Source: Eledone cirrhosa (Eukaryota). Taken from it: DNA of 64,000 nt. The stretch spans positions 115,506,001 to 115,570,000 of the forward strand of contig OZ024740.1 of NCBI GenBank assembly GCA_964016885.1. Reading direction: 5' to 3'. A program made the translations under genes and the position numbers. Of this stretch, positions 12,536 through 28,879 are shown in pieces (the first letter of the stretch is position 1; each line of letters begins with the position of its first letter). The notes below the pieces were generated by a model. It saw nothing but the letters and a program-made list of their open reading frames with translations. It was not told where the DNA came from and made no database searches.

Positions 12536-13139
12536 CCTATATATATACGTACACACACGCACACGCGCGTGTGTGTGTGTGTGTTGGGAAGTGAGAGGCG
12601 TTAACAAAATAAATTCAGAGAAGAATAAATTAATACTCACATCAAAATTCCCTTACTGCAGTTTCAACGCGTAAGAGCGATATCAATTATCCTAACAAAC
12701 CAAAATATTTAATATTAGGCGAAGACGCGAGATAAGAAAAATATTTTCCCCTAGCCACAATATATGTGTTTTCCCTTATCAAAAAATATCACGTGCGTGG
12801 TGGCCAGGATGAAAAAGCAACAGGCGTCCGGGTGACAAATGTGAAGGAGCGCTAGAAATAACTCACCACTAGTCTGTCCGTTTTACTCACCCACAAAGAA
12901 GTATAAAATAATCAGAGAGAGGTCCATATTTATGTTACAGTCCCGACACCAACCTCAACCTATTCATCAGACTGGTTAATCAAGCTAAAAATTAGATTGA
13001 TTAACCAGTCTGCTGAGCAGATTGGTGCCAGAGTCGGGATAGTAAGAGAAATACGGACCACGAGCAAATCATCAGTGAAACGTACGTCACTGGTCGATAA
13101 TCATTAAAAAACATTCATGCAAAATTTCCTGTTATTTAT

Positions 13140-13170
<31 letters not shown>

Positions 13171-13173
<3 letters not shown>

Positions 13174-13469
13174 TGTACCGCCGGCATTCGCTGTCCTGGT
13201 AATTCTCTGAATTTTCCTTAGAACCTAACTAATAATTGTTGGTGGAAACCACCGCATATTCGCGGAATCGTAAATATCTTCCGAGGTTTTTCTTATGGCT
13301 TTTTTCGTGGCAATATATAATGCTAAATTATTAATAACAATATACCGCATTTGCCGGTCTATTGGACGCCCCTTCGCATTTTATGGACTACGGCCAATAT
13401 TCGTGGTTTTTCACTCTTCGTGGATGCTCTAGGAACATAACCCCCGCAAATACCGGGGGAGAAACGTGT
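13171..13469. mobile_element. Tc1/mariner-pogo-like MITE
   Basis: TA-CAGTGTACCGCCGGCATTCGC ... GCAAATACCGGGGGAGAAACGTG-TA, imperfect TIRs. Confidence 0.5.
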
Positions 13470-14998
13470 ATATATATACGTGAAGGCGTTGCTCTAAAAT
13501 GTTAATAAAAGCAACATTTTAATTATTATAGAATAAGAAATTTTAAGACTACTATTTACTATCTGTTTAGATTGATTCAAAAGTTTATTTAGAGCTTTGG
13601 GACGAGGGGACGGAACCGAATTTCCAGATTTATATTCTCCCCGCAACAGTCGGAAGAAAAAATTGAATAATTGAAATATTGGTGGGGAAAGGAATACCCA
13701 GGAGTGCCTTCCGCAAGAAAAACAACAAAGTGGGGATAACCTACTTAATGTAGTGAGCCAAGAAATTTTGATTAATCAAAATTACAAACGTTTTGAGGGG
13801 AAAGATCGTTATCTTAATGATTAATTCTCGTCAAGGAAATCGGGGAAGACAACTCCAGAATGTAAATTAATTAAAAATATAATGAATTTGGACGTGTGTA
13901 TGATGGCACGGTAATAACTCTTCGCATGATTTGATCTTATTGGACATCTAACCGATTATGCCAGACCTAAGATGACTTCGGTGATACATAGAATTGCGTG
14001 GCTTTTGAACTCAATACTTTTTTATTGTTAACACAGAGTGCCCTTGTCCACTATACCACACTACCGTAAATTTATAATAAGTAACCAGTTAGAAATGCCA
14101 CGACTAAATTACCGTTTTTATAATATAAACTTCATTCACTTTTCTTTATTCAGTAAAATCATCAGGCTGAAAGGCCGCCATATTGGTTTTTCTTTTATTT
14201 GTTGTTGTTTGCTGTATTCCTGTTTTATTTGTTTTGTTTCTCTTTTGTAGAACGTCTAATAGTATGTTCAGTCTGGTGCATACAAATTGCCTATAATGTT
14301 TCAATCAGCAAGCATTTTTCTTGATACAACAGCCGATTCCATCAATGTATATTCTCTATCCACAGTCTATTCTTTCGGAATCTAAAATGGATTCACCGTA
14401 AATAATATAGCCTTAGTTACATAGTGTAAAAACGATGTGTTCACTAATGGTCAAATATCATCTACTTTAATGAAAGCAAACATTTTTTCTCGTTTTTTTT
14501 TTCTTTTAGCTTTTAGTTACTATTAGCTTCGGTTATATAAAGCAGCTAGTAGCTTTTTCGTCTGCCCATATCCGCCTTGATCCAACTCAGCGGGATTCAT
14601 TTCGTCTCTGTCCGTTTACGTCCGCTCCACGCTCTCGTCCGTTGAACATCATCAGGCTTAATTGAAAATCAATGTAAGCACTGCTAACGTTTCGATTTTA
14701 CTGTCAAAGTAAATTATATAGTAAAGATATCAGGGTCAAGCCTAAATGGATATTCACAGAAACATATCTACTTCTAAATTGAGAATCAAGGCATCGGAAA
14801 CGAGCTCTTGTTGTTGACCTGAAAAGAATAACGAGAAAAAATCTCAATGGTTTTATATATATATATATATAATTAAATAAATAAATAAATAAATAAATAA
14901 AAGATAATAAAACATTTAGGTGAATAAATGGTTAAGTAAAATTATAAGTAGATTTTTCTACAAAGATTACGAGAAAAAACATTGTATACAAATTACAG

Positions 14999-15090
<92 letters not shown>

Positions 15091-15166
15091 GGGGATAGAG
15101 AGAGAGAGTTGTAAAATCCCGACCACGGCGCCAATGATTAGTGGTCTCCTCGGTCTCAGCCCCACA

Positions 15167-15258
<92 letters not shown>

Positions 15259-15511
15259 TATATATATAAATTGCATATGAATTGCAGTGTATAATATAAA
15301 AGTATATAGAAGACTTTTTTTTTTGTTGTTTAGTTCGACTTGTTTAACCGAAGAAAAACGTGCAATTATTTTCTATATCTCCACGAATACGACGTCAAAA
15401 GGAAATTTCATTATTCAGTGTAAGAGTTACAGCTGGCTAAAGATGGCTGAATGGGAGTGGGAAACGGTGACATGCTAATCATAGGTTGAAAAGGGGACTC
15501 GAACATTGCAG

Positions 15512-15658
15512 ATGGGTTAAAGGTTTGCTTCGCAATCATGAAGCTGTGAATTTGCGTTTGACCCTACATATGTGACATCTTGTACAAATTTCTTTACTAT
15601 AACCTCGGGTCTAACTCATGGCTTGTGGGCAAAATTGAGCAGACGGAAACTGTAGATT
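15512..15658 (+). mobile_element. diverged copy of a second SINE family (relatives ~19320-19400 -, ~19460-19580 +, ~21130-21230 +)
   Basis: Shared ...GTGACATCTT...ACTATAACCTCGGG...GTGA/GG.AAATT..G.AGACGGAAACT block. Confidence 0.5.
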
Positions 15659-16149
15659 GTACTGTGGGATTGTACTTGTAAATCAAAAAACCATCTTTGT
15701 TTATTATTGTGACACGATGAATCCTCCTAAGAATTACGTTAAGAGTAAGCGCTTATATAGAATGTTCGGCTATTTGCACATTCATTTTACGTGCTGTCTC
15801 TTCAATTTGCCTTTTATGTCATTACTACAGTGGTCGCTGCTCTTTGGAACTGGCTGTTTTCGAGCCACCTCCAACTATATTATCTGAGCTGGCGTCTGAG
15901 TATTTATCACTTTAGGCTGGCCCTAAAATGTGCGCACTCTTATCACAGTTAAGCGCCCATTTTCTCAAATAAAATAATTTCAACTTTTGTAAACTAACAA
16001 ATTTAGTTTTTTACACTTCTTGCTCTAACCACACTAGGGATATTACTAAGCCTGCATTTTCTACGACACAATCTAAGTACCTCCACATCAAATCATGTGA
16101 CTGGTCATAACACCATACAGCCATTTACTCTTATTAGGATATTTTCATG

Positions 16150-18125
<1,976 letters not shown>

Positions 18126-20570
18126 ATAATTTTGCGTGCAACAAGTCTTATATATTTCACTTTAGTCATTCTGCTCTGGTGAAGATCGACCTCGAGATCA
18201 ACTTGTCTCAGTTGGAGGTCGTGAACGTCAACTACAACGCAGAGGGTTTCGCAGCCTCCGCACGGGCGTACGATCATACTCCACCAGGTACAAGTGACTC
18301 CGAATGAAGATATTTTCATCTTCAGTTCCCCGATCCTCACACCTGCCATCTGTCCGACTCTTAGGTCCAGGCTTCGCCAGCTTGAAACTCATGCGAGCTG
18401 ACTGATCCCGATCGATGTATATCTGGCCTTCTTCCTTTTGAGGAACTGATTCGCCATGCTGAAGCTTCTATATACCTTCTGCAGTGTCTCTTGATATACC
18501 CACACATCTCTCCTCGTGGATCTCGACGCCTATATTCCATGGGCTGCTGAAGAGATGTGTAACGCCCGGTTTACTGACACCGAATAGCAACAGGATATCA
18601 TACCCATCAAATACTGTGACATCGGCTTCAAATCTCCGGTCATATTGGCTTTGCCAACATTTTTATCATCGGTGACATCTTGTCTTGTCCTCTTCAACAA
18701 CGGAACCTACTGTGATCAAAGAAGATGAGGTGGCCTACGTGACCTGGAACCAGCTCAGCCTCCGTTCTATTGACGTCTAAACTCACCCTCCTCTCTGTAG
18801 ACGCCCTGCCAACTCGTAGGGTCGGGCCTTACCAGTTGGAATGGCCATTCTAACACGTCTTCCTAGCTATTCTCGGGAACAACGTTTTCTCTATTCTGTC
18901 CTCTGAGAATTCGAGGTGGCCTGCGCCTTAACTCCAACACGTTATAACAACAGCCGCTTCTTCTACGTCCAAAATTATTCCATTCAAAAGTTTTTCCTGT
19001 ACATACTTTTTTTTTTTTTTTTTTTATTCATTAATCTATTCGTCACTTTTCAGCAGGTCAAAAACCCGCAGAGAGGTTTCCCTGTTGACTCGACAGGTTA
19101 TGTAGTTAAACCAGCTACTTGTAATATGATGGAGAAGTCCGTGGGTTTTATGATAAGAATTCGATTATTTTTCTGTCAACTAAACATCCATACTCGCCAA
19201 TTAACGCGTTGAATACTCCGTGGACACATGCACCTTTAACGTAAGTCGCATTAGTATCACACAATATGTGGCAAGATTGGTTCTTGGAATTTCAGACACA
19301 ATCTATCCAACGGGTTTCGACAGAGTTTCCAACGACCTAATTTCACTCACAGTACTTGGGTCAATCCGAGGCTATGGTAAATGACATTTACTCAAGATAC
19401 CATTCGCTTGCGTCCTCTGTATAATACATATTAATATTCAATATTAATATTTAATAGAAATTGTTGAGTGGTTAATCATGAATTGTAATCATGAATTTCG
19501 GTGTTCAATCTCACTGCGTGACATCTTAAGCAAGTGTGTTTTGCCATAACCTAGGGTTGTGATAAATCAGTGAATGAAATTGTCAAATCTCTCGAATGGA
19601 TTGTACGTGTCCAGCTTTGTCTTGTATTGTCAGTTTTACGCGGTTTGAGAACTATGGCAAGGGTGTTAGTAGAATATTCAGCCAGTTAAACATTAATTTA
19701 ACGTATAACACGTTCAATTGAGCGAACAACTGAATGCTAAACGTCGAAACCGACACAGGATTTATCATATATATAGATTATGATTATTGTAGTGTATTAA
19801 TAATAGATTACGTGTGGTGTAAAAAATCAGTTACACTGTAGAAAAGAGATGGTAAAAGTCTGTGTGCAATAGAAAGAGAGCGGTGGTCGTCGCAGCAGCC
19901 AATTTTTTTTTCAATTTAATGTCTTTATAGAAAAGGTTGGAAAGACTGTCTGGGAGAAATGGCGAGAGAGAATGGCTGAGTGAGTGGCGCGGGTGGTGGG
20001 TGGTGGTGTTGTCGAAATATTCTTTTTTTAAACTTTTGCTATATGAAAAATATTGTTTATAGTAAAATTATAAATGGGGAAAATATTCTTTTATTGAGAG
20101 TTTCAATAGTTTGTTAATATAATATCTGTGTGTGTATAACTTATTAAAAAAAAACATTTAAAATGCCATATGGAACATAAATACTTGGTGGTCGTTACTA
20201 ATTAGTCAGAGGGATTGACATACGTTCAGCTAGTTAATATTTAATCAATTATCTATTATTTAACAATAATTATGAATGGTGTAGAAAAGGTTTGATAGTT
20301 TGGCTTTTAGAGTATGTTGCTTCTTAGTCCCAGTGAACAAAATGGCGAATATGTTACCCCGAAGGATGGTGAGAGAAATGCGGTAAAAGAGCCAGTACAC
20401 ACATGCGACGCTCATTCTTACAAATGACAATCTCTATCCCAATCGTAGTAAGAAAGTTGGAGGTATTCAGGGACCCAGGCCGCCAGATGTTTCAACCGCT
20501 GTGTTCGATAATTTATTAGTCGAGTTTCTGATTACAATAGGAATGTTCAGTCTATTGATTTATTTCTCTT

Positions 20571-20659
<89 letters not shown>

Positions 20660-20679
20660 TATATACATGTATACATACA

Positions 20680-20723
<44 letters not shown>

Positions 20724-20732
20724 TTCACATAC

Positions 20733-20768
<36 letters not shown>

Positions 20769-21822
20769 ATATGACGTATTGTAATATTGAACATAAAAAA
20801 GTGTTAATTCATTGACAAAAGGCAATTCCAACTAAAATCTTATATTATGTGAAATATCATTCTGATTGTGCAGAACCATATAGTGAGCAGCTGCAGTTAT
20901 CAGAATAAAACAGGGAAGAATAAAAAGTATGATCTCCTCATCTTAGAAGCTAGAGCAACGCATATAGCATCACGATATATACTGCGGAAAATGTTAACGC
21001 AGATGTTTATGTGATTGTATTAAAACGCGGAATTGTTGAGAGAAACATCTGACAATGTATGATGATATAATCCTCTCTTGTGTACAGAAATAGTTCTAAA
21101 AGAAATGTAAGGTCGCAAGCAAGCACATGGAAATGTAGTTCAAGAAGTATGCTTCTTAATCACACGATTTGAGGTTCGATTCGATCTCACTGCCTGGCAA
21201 CTTGGGAAAGGCAAATGGCTTCTCGAATAGGCTTGTGTTGAGAAATTCCCTGTGAATAATATTCTGTACAGTGGGGTTATGCGGAAACACGTATGTGTAT
21301 ATGTGTGCGTGTGTGTGTGTGTGTCTGTCTGTCTGTCTGTTTGTGTGTGTGTCTCTCTGTGTGTGTGATGTGAGTGTATGTGTGTGTGTTTACAGAGAGG
21401 GAGTGGCTTCCCACTAGAAGGTAGAAGCGGAAAAAATAGATTTTGACAAGGTGTGTGCAGAGAGAAAGTGTGTGTGTGTATGTGCGTGTGGAGAGAGAGA
21501 GACGGATAGAGAGAGAGAGAGAGAGGGAGAGGGAGAGAGAGAGAAAGGGAGAGACGGAGAGAGAGAGGAAATAGTTCCTATAACTAGAGGAATTAGGTTT
21601 GTCTGTTTCCAAACGAAATATCTAACTGGGTTTTCGTATTGCTATAGAAAAACAGAGATGATATCCTAAATAATAATACAGTAATGATACTTTCGCAACT
21701 GGTGTGCTTTATTACAAAAAGCCTCGCAGAGATACAACCATCTCTACTCTTTATTTCTTAATATGTATATGTCTATGTGTGTATGTACGTGTGTATATGT
21801 TTACAACTATGTATAAATGTTT

Positions 21823-21859
<37 letters not shown>

Positions 21860-22157
21860 TGTGTGCGTGTGTGTGTTCGTATATGTTTGTGTGTATGGGT
21901 GTGCCTGTGTGTGTCTTCTTTGAATCTCTCTCACTGTTAGTCTTGTGTATTTTTCTCTTTCACTTTATATATGAAAAATTGAATGGTTTATATATGATGG
22001 GGGAGGGGAGTTCTGTGCCTGTGTATGTATGTGTGTGTTTGTGTATGTGTGTTTTTGTGTATGTGCGTGTGTGTTTGTGTGTGAACTGTACGTATGACTA
22101 TGGAGCCGCACGAATACTTTTGTACAATATAGTGAATGTTTGTGACAGCGGCGTTGC

Positions 22158-22532
22158 TGTGTGTGCCTGTGTGTGTCTGTGTGTGTCTGTGCGTGCCTGT
22201 GTGTGCCTCTATGTGCCTGTGTGTGCCTGTATGTGCCTGTGTATTTCTGTGTGTGCCTGTATATGCCTGTATATGCCTGTATATGCCTGTATATGCCTGT
22301 ATGTGCCTGTGTGTGCCTGTATGTGCCTGTGTGTGTCTGTGTGTGTCATGTGTGCCTGTATGTGCCTGTATATGCCTGTATGTGCCTGTGTGTGCCTGTG
22401 TGTGCCTGTGTGTGCCTGTATGTGCCTGTATATGCCTGTATGTGCCTGTGTGTGCCTGTGTGTGCCTGCGTGTGCCTGTGTGTGCCTGTATATGCCTGTA
22501 TATGCCTGTATGTGCATGTGTGTGCCTGTGTG
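22158..22532. repeat. 10-bp minisatellite (TRTGCCTGTR)n
   Basis: Directly visible decamer repeat. Confidence 0.95.
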
Positions 22533-22854
22533 TACGCTTGCATGTACATTTGCCAACAAAGTAAACCGTAATATGTGCAAAGGATATGTTATCAAAAGTG
22601 TGTAGTGCAGTGCAGTGCTTTTCTAAATAGATAGATAGCTTTATTTGGGACAACGAAGAATGAAGGGCCTGCCAAACTAAAACTCAATTACACAACTTAC
22701 AAATTGCTCTTTAGACTTGATCGACAGGTTGCTATTGAGAATAATTCTAATTTGAACGGGAATTACTTGGATTGTCACATTGATATACTTTGAAAGAAGT
22801 CGAGTGGAATGATGACTATGTATATATATAGATAGATACACACATGCATACATA

Positions 22855-22911
<57 letters not shown>

Positions 22912-22912
22912 G

Positions 22913-22965
<53 letters not shown>

Positions 22966-23347
22966 CGCGTGTGTGTGTATATATATAGAGTGAGATAGTA
23001 ATGCATGTGTTTATGTGTGTGTATATACATACATACATACATACATACATACATACATACATACATACATACATACATACATACATACATACATTACATA
23101 CATTACATATATATAAGTATATATCTGATGTAGTGTGTGTCGTTGTCTGTGCATTATAAGATTACTACTACGATCTAAGTCATTTAGCGAGAGTTCTGTG
23201 CTGTTCATGTTCATACAGGATATTCGGTCATTGGCTTTAACAATAGAAAAAGATTATTGCTTCTTGTTAAGTATTTTGCGACGAACTGTTCTGTGTTTCT
23301 TGTTAGGTAAATTTTGTCATTTTCTGCTGGTTCCCCGTCAAAGCGGG

Positions 23348-23547
23348 NNNNNNNNNNNNNNNNNNNNNNNNNNNNNNNNNNNNNNNNNNNNNNNNNNNNN
23401 NNNNNNNNNNNNNNNNNNNNNNNNNNNNNNNNNNNNNNNNNNNNNNNNNNNNNNNNNNNNNNNNNNNNNNNNNNNNNNNNNNNNNNNNNNNNNNNNNNNN
23501 NNNNNNNNNNNNNNNNNNNNNNNNNNNNNNNNNNNNNNNNNNNNNNN
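23348..23547. other. assembly gap (200 N)
   Basis: Run of N. Confidence 1.
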
Positions 23548-24211
23548 GAAAGGCATGGAATTCTTTTGTAATATCGTAAACTTTGGATATATCCAGCAAC
23601 GATAATAAACTAGCATATTTCAGATACATTTACAACATTAATGAAACAGGATTCCGGACTGATAAAACTGGCAGTCAAATATTCCAAAAGAACGAAAAAA
23701 AAACTTGCTAGTGCCTCTTCAAATACCAACTTCTTTTGGCTACGATTATCTCACTGTTTCTATGTAACCCTCTAACACATGCATATATGTGTGTATACAT
23801 ATATATATATGGGGGGGGGGTGAATAGTGAGTAGTTTGAATACTATGTAAAGAACGATATTTTGGAGATCGAAGAGATCAAAATATACAGCTGACTAGTA
23901 ATTTCATCTTGCGATTCTTCAGATTAAATGAATATTGTGTTATATTTATAATAATAAAGAGGTCTTCTGTGGAGAATAAAGGGGGCGATGGTCGTGAAGG
24001 AAGTAGAGAGATAGATAGAGGCATACAGAGAGATAGATAGTGAGATAAATAGAGAGATAGAAAGACATACAGAGAGGGAGAGATAAAGAGAGACATAGAG
24101 AGATAGAGAGACGGTGATGGTTGTCATAGAGGTATTATGTGGTTGTGAAAAGTGATAGTTAGTGGAAGGCCCGACTTGAGGAAATGTTAGGTTGTTGTTA
24201 TTGTGGGAATG

Positions 24212-24373
<162 letters not shown>

Positions 24374-24584
24374 AAGAGAGAGAGAGTGATAGAATGAGAG
24401 AGAAAATTTCAGCAAACAATTAATTGAATGGGAACATGCAAGGAGATTGAAAGTCAGACAATGAACGATATGTGCGTGTTGGCTTATGGTAGGGTGGGGC
24501 ATTGAAGATATTTGCTTTATTTGATTTAGCAGATGGGCAAATTCATGGTTAAATCAAATGAAATAAAATATATCACCCGAATAA

Positions 24585-25950
24585 GAAAACTGAAAGCTAG
24601 ATGATATCCGAGCCATTGATGTTAAAACCCGAAAGGTTTTAACCAGCATCAGAAATTTCCCCATCAACAATGACTTAGACCGCCTCAACCTGAAACGTAA
24701 ACAGGGAGGCAAAGGCTTAACACCAGTCCAAACAGCATTTGAGTGTTGCATCATATCCCTCTGGCAATATTTACGGGCCACCAGCGTAGAAATCTATCTG
24801 TAGAACAAGTCTGTCTAAATGAGGCAGATGACATCCTGCATGATAACAAAAATCTCACACCCGGGAAATTTATACAGCAATACCCCAATTAATCCATGGA
24901 TGAAAAGCTGCATGCATATTAGCAGAAAGTCCATGCATGGCTATGTTACCAGAAAGCTTCGAAACGAGAGCAATATAAATAAGCAAAGCAGTCTCTCTTG
25001 GACCAACAATCGGCGTATTAACTCTTACTTTGAGGTATATGCTTTGGCAATCGAAGAACAGAAAGCAACAATGAAAGACCTAATTCACAAGAGATAGGGA
25101 TGCAGGAAAAACACCTAGATGTGACTATAGATGCAATCTCTGCGGAATAGATATCAAGGATAATGTCACCGTATCATAAGCAGCTGTCCAAAGATATCGT
25201 GATACTATCTACCTATGCGGCAAGATGTTGTGGCCAAAACACTATACAATGCAAACCGTAGAAAGGATAACCATGAGAATAAACGTAAGTTACAGTGATG
25301 TGGAGGACATATACATACAAAATATGAAAGAGTATTGGTGGAATGTTCCATTCAAAACACAAATAAAATTCAAATATAACAGACCAGACATAGGAATATG
25401 GACAAGAGCAACGAGGTCATGCACAGTAGTGGAAATCAGCTGCCCAGCAGATGTCAATATAATGCTAAAGATTAGTGGAAAGGAAACCAATTAAAACCAT
25501 GACTATAGCTTTGTATTTGCAGCTGTGATCATTGGGGCTCTTGGATATGTTACTAACCATCTCAGTAGAAATCTTAAGAAGTTTGGCTTCACTGAAGCAG
25601 GAATAGCACGGCTAGTTAGTAAGTTGAAAGTACAATCTATTAATGGAAATGTAAATATATATAAAACATTCCAGAAATTCAGAATGTAGTAAATACATAT
25701 ACACATGTATAGATTCAGAAACATATGCATATGTATAGATTGAGAAACATATGCACATTCACATGTACATGTGCATATAACTAAAAACATACTGATCCAC
25801 ACAAGCAATAACATCTATAACTACACATACAAAGACATACATATTTACCAAATTGATGTTTAAATTCCAATGACAGAGACTTCTTTCTATGTTAGAAACC
25901 GACTTTCTTTATTGGTGGAAATTTATAAAATACTAAAACCAGAAGAACGT
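24585..25950 (+). mobile_element. decayed 3' half of R4/Dong-like LINE (restriction-like endonuclease)
   Basis: IDVKTRKVL...DLDRLNLKRKQGGKGL; RPDI...SCTVVEISCPADVNI; IGALG. Many stops and frameshifts. Ends in (TACA)-like repeats. Confidence 0.8.
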
Positions 25951-26022
25951 ACATACATACATAAACACACACACACATACATAAGTATATACATACATAC
26001 AGATACACGTACATACATACAT

Positions 26023-26630
26023 GGTGGCTGCAAACTAGTTTTAGAGTACGGCCACTACTTTATATCCATGTAGGAGAACCCCTACCGATGCGCTGAACAA
26101 GTGTGACTTTTTAGTCCAGCCAGCGACTTGAAAACTCTGGTACAAACACTACACTTGTGACAATTATTGACACATAGTGCTGGACCCATGGTACAATGTG
26201 ATGACAAGGGCAGAGAGATCTCCAGATATAAAGCAATGCCTGTGCCGTGAAGCTTTTATAGTGAGCAAAGGCACTGCACAAAGCCAGTCCCACTCTCTTA
26301 ACCAAGATGATATTTACCAAAAAGAAGAACAAGTCAACATCATTGGATACCATCAGGGTTGCAGGTGTTATATCAGAGTTTTCCTTCTCCTAGTATTCTG
26401 CTTTGACAAAGGCTAAGGGGTCATCTCTCCCGGTGATTTTGGATGGCCATTGACTCTTAAGAGCTCCTTTGCCCTTTGACAGGTTTTGTTTTTAGTCCTG
26501 CAGGATGTCCAAAGTCACCCTCCTCACCAAGAAACCTTGGTGGGGTTGCCAGTTTAGTCGCCAACGACCCGACCATGAGACAGGTTGTACTGGGATTCAT
26601 GTTACCAGTAGCACCAACTGGTGACCTGAC
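26023..26630. mobile_element. ~610-bp non-coding interspersed element, copy 1, in (CATA)n
   Basis: Near-identical to 26665-27272 and 57725-58333. Confidence 0.9.
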
Positions 26631-26664
26631 CATAATACATACATACATACATACATACATACAT

Positions 26665-27272
26665 GGTGGCTGCCAACTCGTTTTCGAGTACGGCCACTAC
26701 TTTATATCCATGTAGGAGAACCCCTACAGATGCGCTGAACGAGTGTGACTTTTTAGTCCAGCCAGCGACTTGAAAACTCTGGTACAAACACTACATTTGT
26801 GACAATTATTGACACATAGTGCTGGGCCCATGGTACCATGTGACGACAAGTGCAGAGAGATCTCCAGATATAAAGCAATGCCTGTGCCGTGAAGCTTTTA
26901 TAGTGAGCAAAGGCACTGCACAAAGCCAGTCCCACTCTCTTAACCAAGATGATATTTACCAAAAAGAAGAACAAGTCAACATCATTGGATACCATCAGGG
27001 TTGCAGGTGTTATATCAGAGTTTTCCTTCTCCTAGAATTCTGCCTTGACAAAGGCTAAGGGGTCATCTCTCCCGGTGATTTTGGATGGTCATTGACTCTT
27101 AAGAGCTCCTTTTCCCTTTGACAGGTTTTGTTTTTAGTCCTGCAGGATGTCCAAAGTCACCCTCCTCACCAAGAAACCTTGGTGGGGTTGCCAGTTTAGT
27201 CGCCAACGACCCGACCATGAGACAGGTTGTACTGGGATACATATTACCAGTAGCACCAACTGGTGACCTGAC
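26665..27272. mobile_element. ~610-bp element, copy 2 (tandem with copy 1)
   Basis: Same termini GGTGGCTGC...GGTGACCTGAC, (CATA)n on both sides. Confidence 0.9.
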
Positions 27273-27488
27273 ATACATACATACATACATACATACATAC
27301 ATACATACATACATACATACATACATACATACATACATACATACATACATACATACATGCCTACATACATATATACATACATGTGCATATACATATACAT
27401 ACATAACGAAAAGAATCAATAATCTGCATGCAGCTTATGCTGTGGGACATTCCTTTCACCAGCTGCCGACTGGAAATGCAATACATAC

Positions 27489-27753
<265 letters not shown>

Positions 27754-27829
27754 GCGGGCGGATGTTTGTGTCTATGCATGTGCGGATGTGTTTATATACC
27801 CATTTCCGTGTGCGTATATATATATATAT

Positions 27830-28248
27830 TAAAATAATTTCAGGTTATCAATAATGTAGTGATAATATATCGTTACGTTAGAGATGAACAGCGTACGTGT
27901 AGGTTTGCTCAACGAGTATAAATTATATTCCGGAGAAAATGTAGAAAAGATGAATATAAAATGAAAGTGCTTTTTTTAAAAAAGGAATTTATTAGGTATT
28001 GACATATGTTTCTGTAACAGACGGAATACCTATGTATCGCTGCTTGCGTAATCTTATAATGTTAGCAAGTATTCGATATCCAAAATCTCTGAAGAAGTGA
28101 CAACTGATTATACATTTGCTATCGAATACTTGCTAACATTATATGATTACGCAAGCAGCGATACATAGGTATTCCGTCTGTTACAGAAACATATGTCAAT
28201 ACCTAATAAATTCCTTTTTTAAAAAAAGCACTTTCATTTTATATTCAT

Positions 28249-28252
<4 letters not shown>
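27830..28252. mobile_element. Fold-back HHR element (arms 27946-28078 / 28120-28252) with left tail
   Basis: 133-bp inverted repeat. CTGAAGA(28089)-AGTGACA...TGTTACA-GAAA-CATATG-TC, with the 5' strand of stem I missing. Confidence 0.8.
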
Positions 28253-28315
<63 letters not shown>

Positions 28316-28388
28316 GATTGTGTTGTTATTTCTGTTTACCTTTTACATATTAATATATATATATATATATAATATATATATATGCATG

Positions 28389-28423
<35 letters not shown>

Positions 28424-28496
28424 CCTCTCAAGCGTAAACCCAATACTAACACTTTGTACTGCACTCTTTGTTATTCTTTTTGTTTTTTTGTTTTAA

Positions 28497-28584
<88 letters not shown>

Positions 28585-28713
28585 TATATATAGTAATAAT
28601 AATACATTTGAAGACTAAACTCTGTTCTTTTAATAAATATATATATATATATATATTTATATAAAGAATGAATAATAACAGGTAGACATCATAAAAAGGT
28701 AATTTATTCTGTG

Positions 28714-28830
28714 TGCTTACAAATGTTTCCACGGTGGTTATACAGCCTAGTTATGTTATGTGCAAATTTATAACTATTTGCAAAACTCAATTATCAAATG
28801 CTGTGCTGTGACCACTGTATCCTCAGAGCA
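28714..28830 (-). ncRNA. type I hammerhead motif (mirror copy)
   Basis: Reverse complement of 31048-31159 with a 5-nt insertion in stem II. Confidence 0.7.
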
Positions 28831-28879
28831 GAATGGTTAAAATGTAAAATTGAAAATTGAAAAAGAAAATAGAAATTAA

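Noticed and set aside
14585-14662. Minus-strand CTGATGA...GAAATGAATC, possible HHR
   Set aside because: Stem I does not pair in register after the putative cleavage site and stem II is weak.
26490-26630. HDV-like ribozyme at the minus-strand start of the 610-bp element (GGTCACC/GGTGACT helix, CTAA)
   Set aside because: I could not assemble P2, P3/L3 and P1.1 in the required order.
26111-27419. Short ORFs repeated in the 610-bp element
   Set aside because: They recur only because the DNA copies are near-identical; no domain motifs, and starts lie in microsatellite.
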